Shown: one piece after another, positions 31,123-32,000 of the stretch
Position numbering within the stretch: the first letter of the stretch is position 1
How the letters are laid out: each line of letters begins with the position of its first letter
NCBI RefSeq assembly: GCF_003815035.1
Contig: NZ_RKRK01000002.1
Location: 775,956 to 807,955, forward strand
Length of the DNA: 32,000 bases
Source: Abyssicoccus albus
GTDB taxonomy: Bacteria > Bacillota > Bacilli > Staphylococcales > Abyssicoccaceae
Reading direction: 5' to 3'
Notes under the pieces: generated by a model
What the model was told of the DNA's origin: nothing
Databases searched by the model: none
The model's input: only the letters and a program-made list of their open reading frames with translations
Made by a program: the position numbers and the translations under genes

Positions 31123-32000
31123 CGTTGCCAACGATCCTCTTTTTATGCCTCTTATCCTTATAATGTTTAATTTTTAATCTGTCATGACTGTTTCGCATTT
31201 CAATCATGCCTAATTCATCTGTTCGATAAATTTTAGAGTTTTGTTTATTCAATCTTTCAATGACATTTTCATTCGGATGTTGATATCGATTATGCTCTCC
31301 AACACTGATGACACTAATTTTAGGTTGAATTTCTTCTAGCAACGCCTCACTCGTCGCATCATCACTTCCATGATGACTGACCTTTAAAACGTCAACATTG
31401 AACTGAGATACATAAGGTAAAAGTCGAGTCTCCTTTATCCTATTAATATCTCCTGTCAATAAATAATCTACTTCATGATCAACATGTACCACCATTGAAT
31501 AATAGTTATCAAACCCATCCTTATTGTGAAACATATGATCATCTTTAAATGGTGACAGTATCGTATATCGTGTATTACCGAATTGAAAGTAATCTCCGAA
31601 TCTAACCGGTATTACGTCTACATCATATTGACTCATCATGTTAAGCCAATATAATTTCTTCTCTGTATCAATATCTGGTATATAAATTTTGTCCACAGTA
31701 AAATCTTTTAGTACATATTGAATGTTTCCTATATGGTCGGCATCGAAATGAGTCAGCATTATTGCATCAATATGATGAATGCCTCTTTTCTTTAATACAT
31801 CCCTTACTGTAAATTGATAATTGCTTTCTTTGATTGGAATTTGGTTCGGTTGAGATATATTAAGCTGATTTAAATCCACTTGTCCACCTACATCAACCAT
31901 AATATTCTTCCCTATTTTACGGTGTTCGATTAATGTTGCATCCCCTTGCCCAACATCTATGAATGATACAACCATATCATCTTGATAATATAATAGATGA
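31112..32000 (-). CDS. comEC: ComEC/Rec2 competence protein, C-terminal metallo-beta-lactamase domain (partial, continues beyond the window)
   Basis: FIDVGQGDATLIEHRKIGKNIMVDVGG, DAIMLTHFDADHIGN, VLKVSHHGSDDATSEALL; the frame remains open (HLLYYQDD) through the window edge. Confidence 0.9.
   Translation of the reverse strand, partial: HLLYYQDDMVVSFIDVGQGDATLIEHRKIGKNIMVDVGGQVDLNQLNISQPNQIPIKESNYQFTVRDVLKKRGIHHIDAIMLTHFDADHIGNIQYVLKDFTVDKIYIPDIDTEKKLYWLNMMSQYDVDVIPVRFGDYFQFGNTRYTILSPFKDDHMFHNKDGFDNYYSMVVHVDHEVDYLLTGDINRIKETRLLPYVSQFNVDVLKVSHHGSDDATSEALLEEIQPKISVISVGEHNRYQHPNENVIERLNKQNSKIYRTDELGMIEMRNSHDRLKIKHYKDKRHKKRIVGNEKE

Overview
A 32 kb chromosomal segment from a Staphylococcus-like genome. 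Identification is by reading the translated sequences; no database was searched. Most of it is a conserved, mostly minus-strand housekeeping block: sigA(rpoD, partial)-dnaG-ppsR, then recO-era-cdd-dgkA-ybeY-phoH-hypothetical-floA-nfeD-rpsU-mtaB-rsmE-prmA-dnaJ-dnaK-grpE-hrcA-hemW-lepA, plus-strand rpsT, holA, a small unlisted yqzM ORF, and the 3' part of comEC. The variable part is about 3.6-10.5 kb, between ppsR and recO. glyS there is on the plus strand behind a clear T-box leader, opposite to its neighbours. It is followed by a truncated GNAT ORF, a frameshifted L-lactate permease remnant, an intact mqo/lqo-type gene with an unlisted 33-aa membrane peptide ORF, a collapsed YSIRK/LPxTG surface-adhesin pseudogene, a long near-perfect hairpin and an AlkD-like gene. 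No CRISPR, transposase, phage module or obvious defence system is supported. The most interesting items are the deleted adhesin relic (YSIRK signal joined out of frame to a B-repeat, LPDTV in place of LPxTG), the perfect 34-nt palindrome overlapping its promoter-like element, the 33-aa ORF behind mqo, and the glyS rearrangement.
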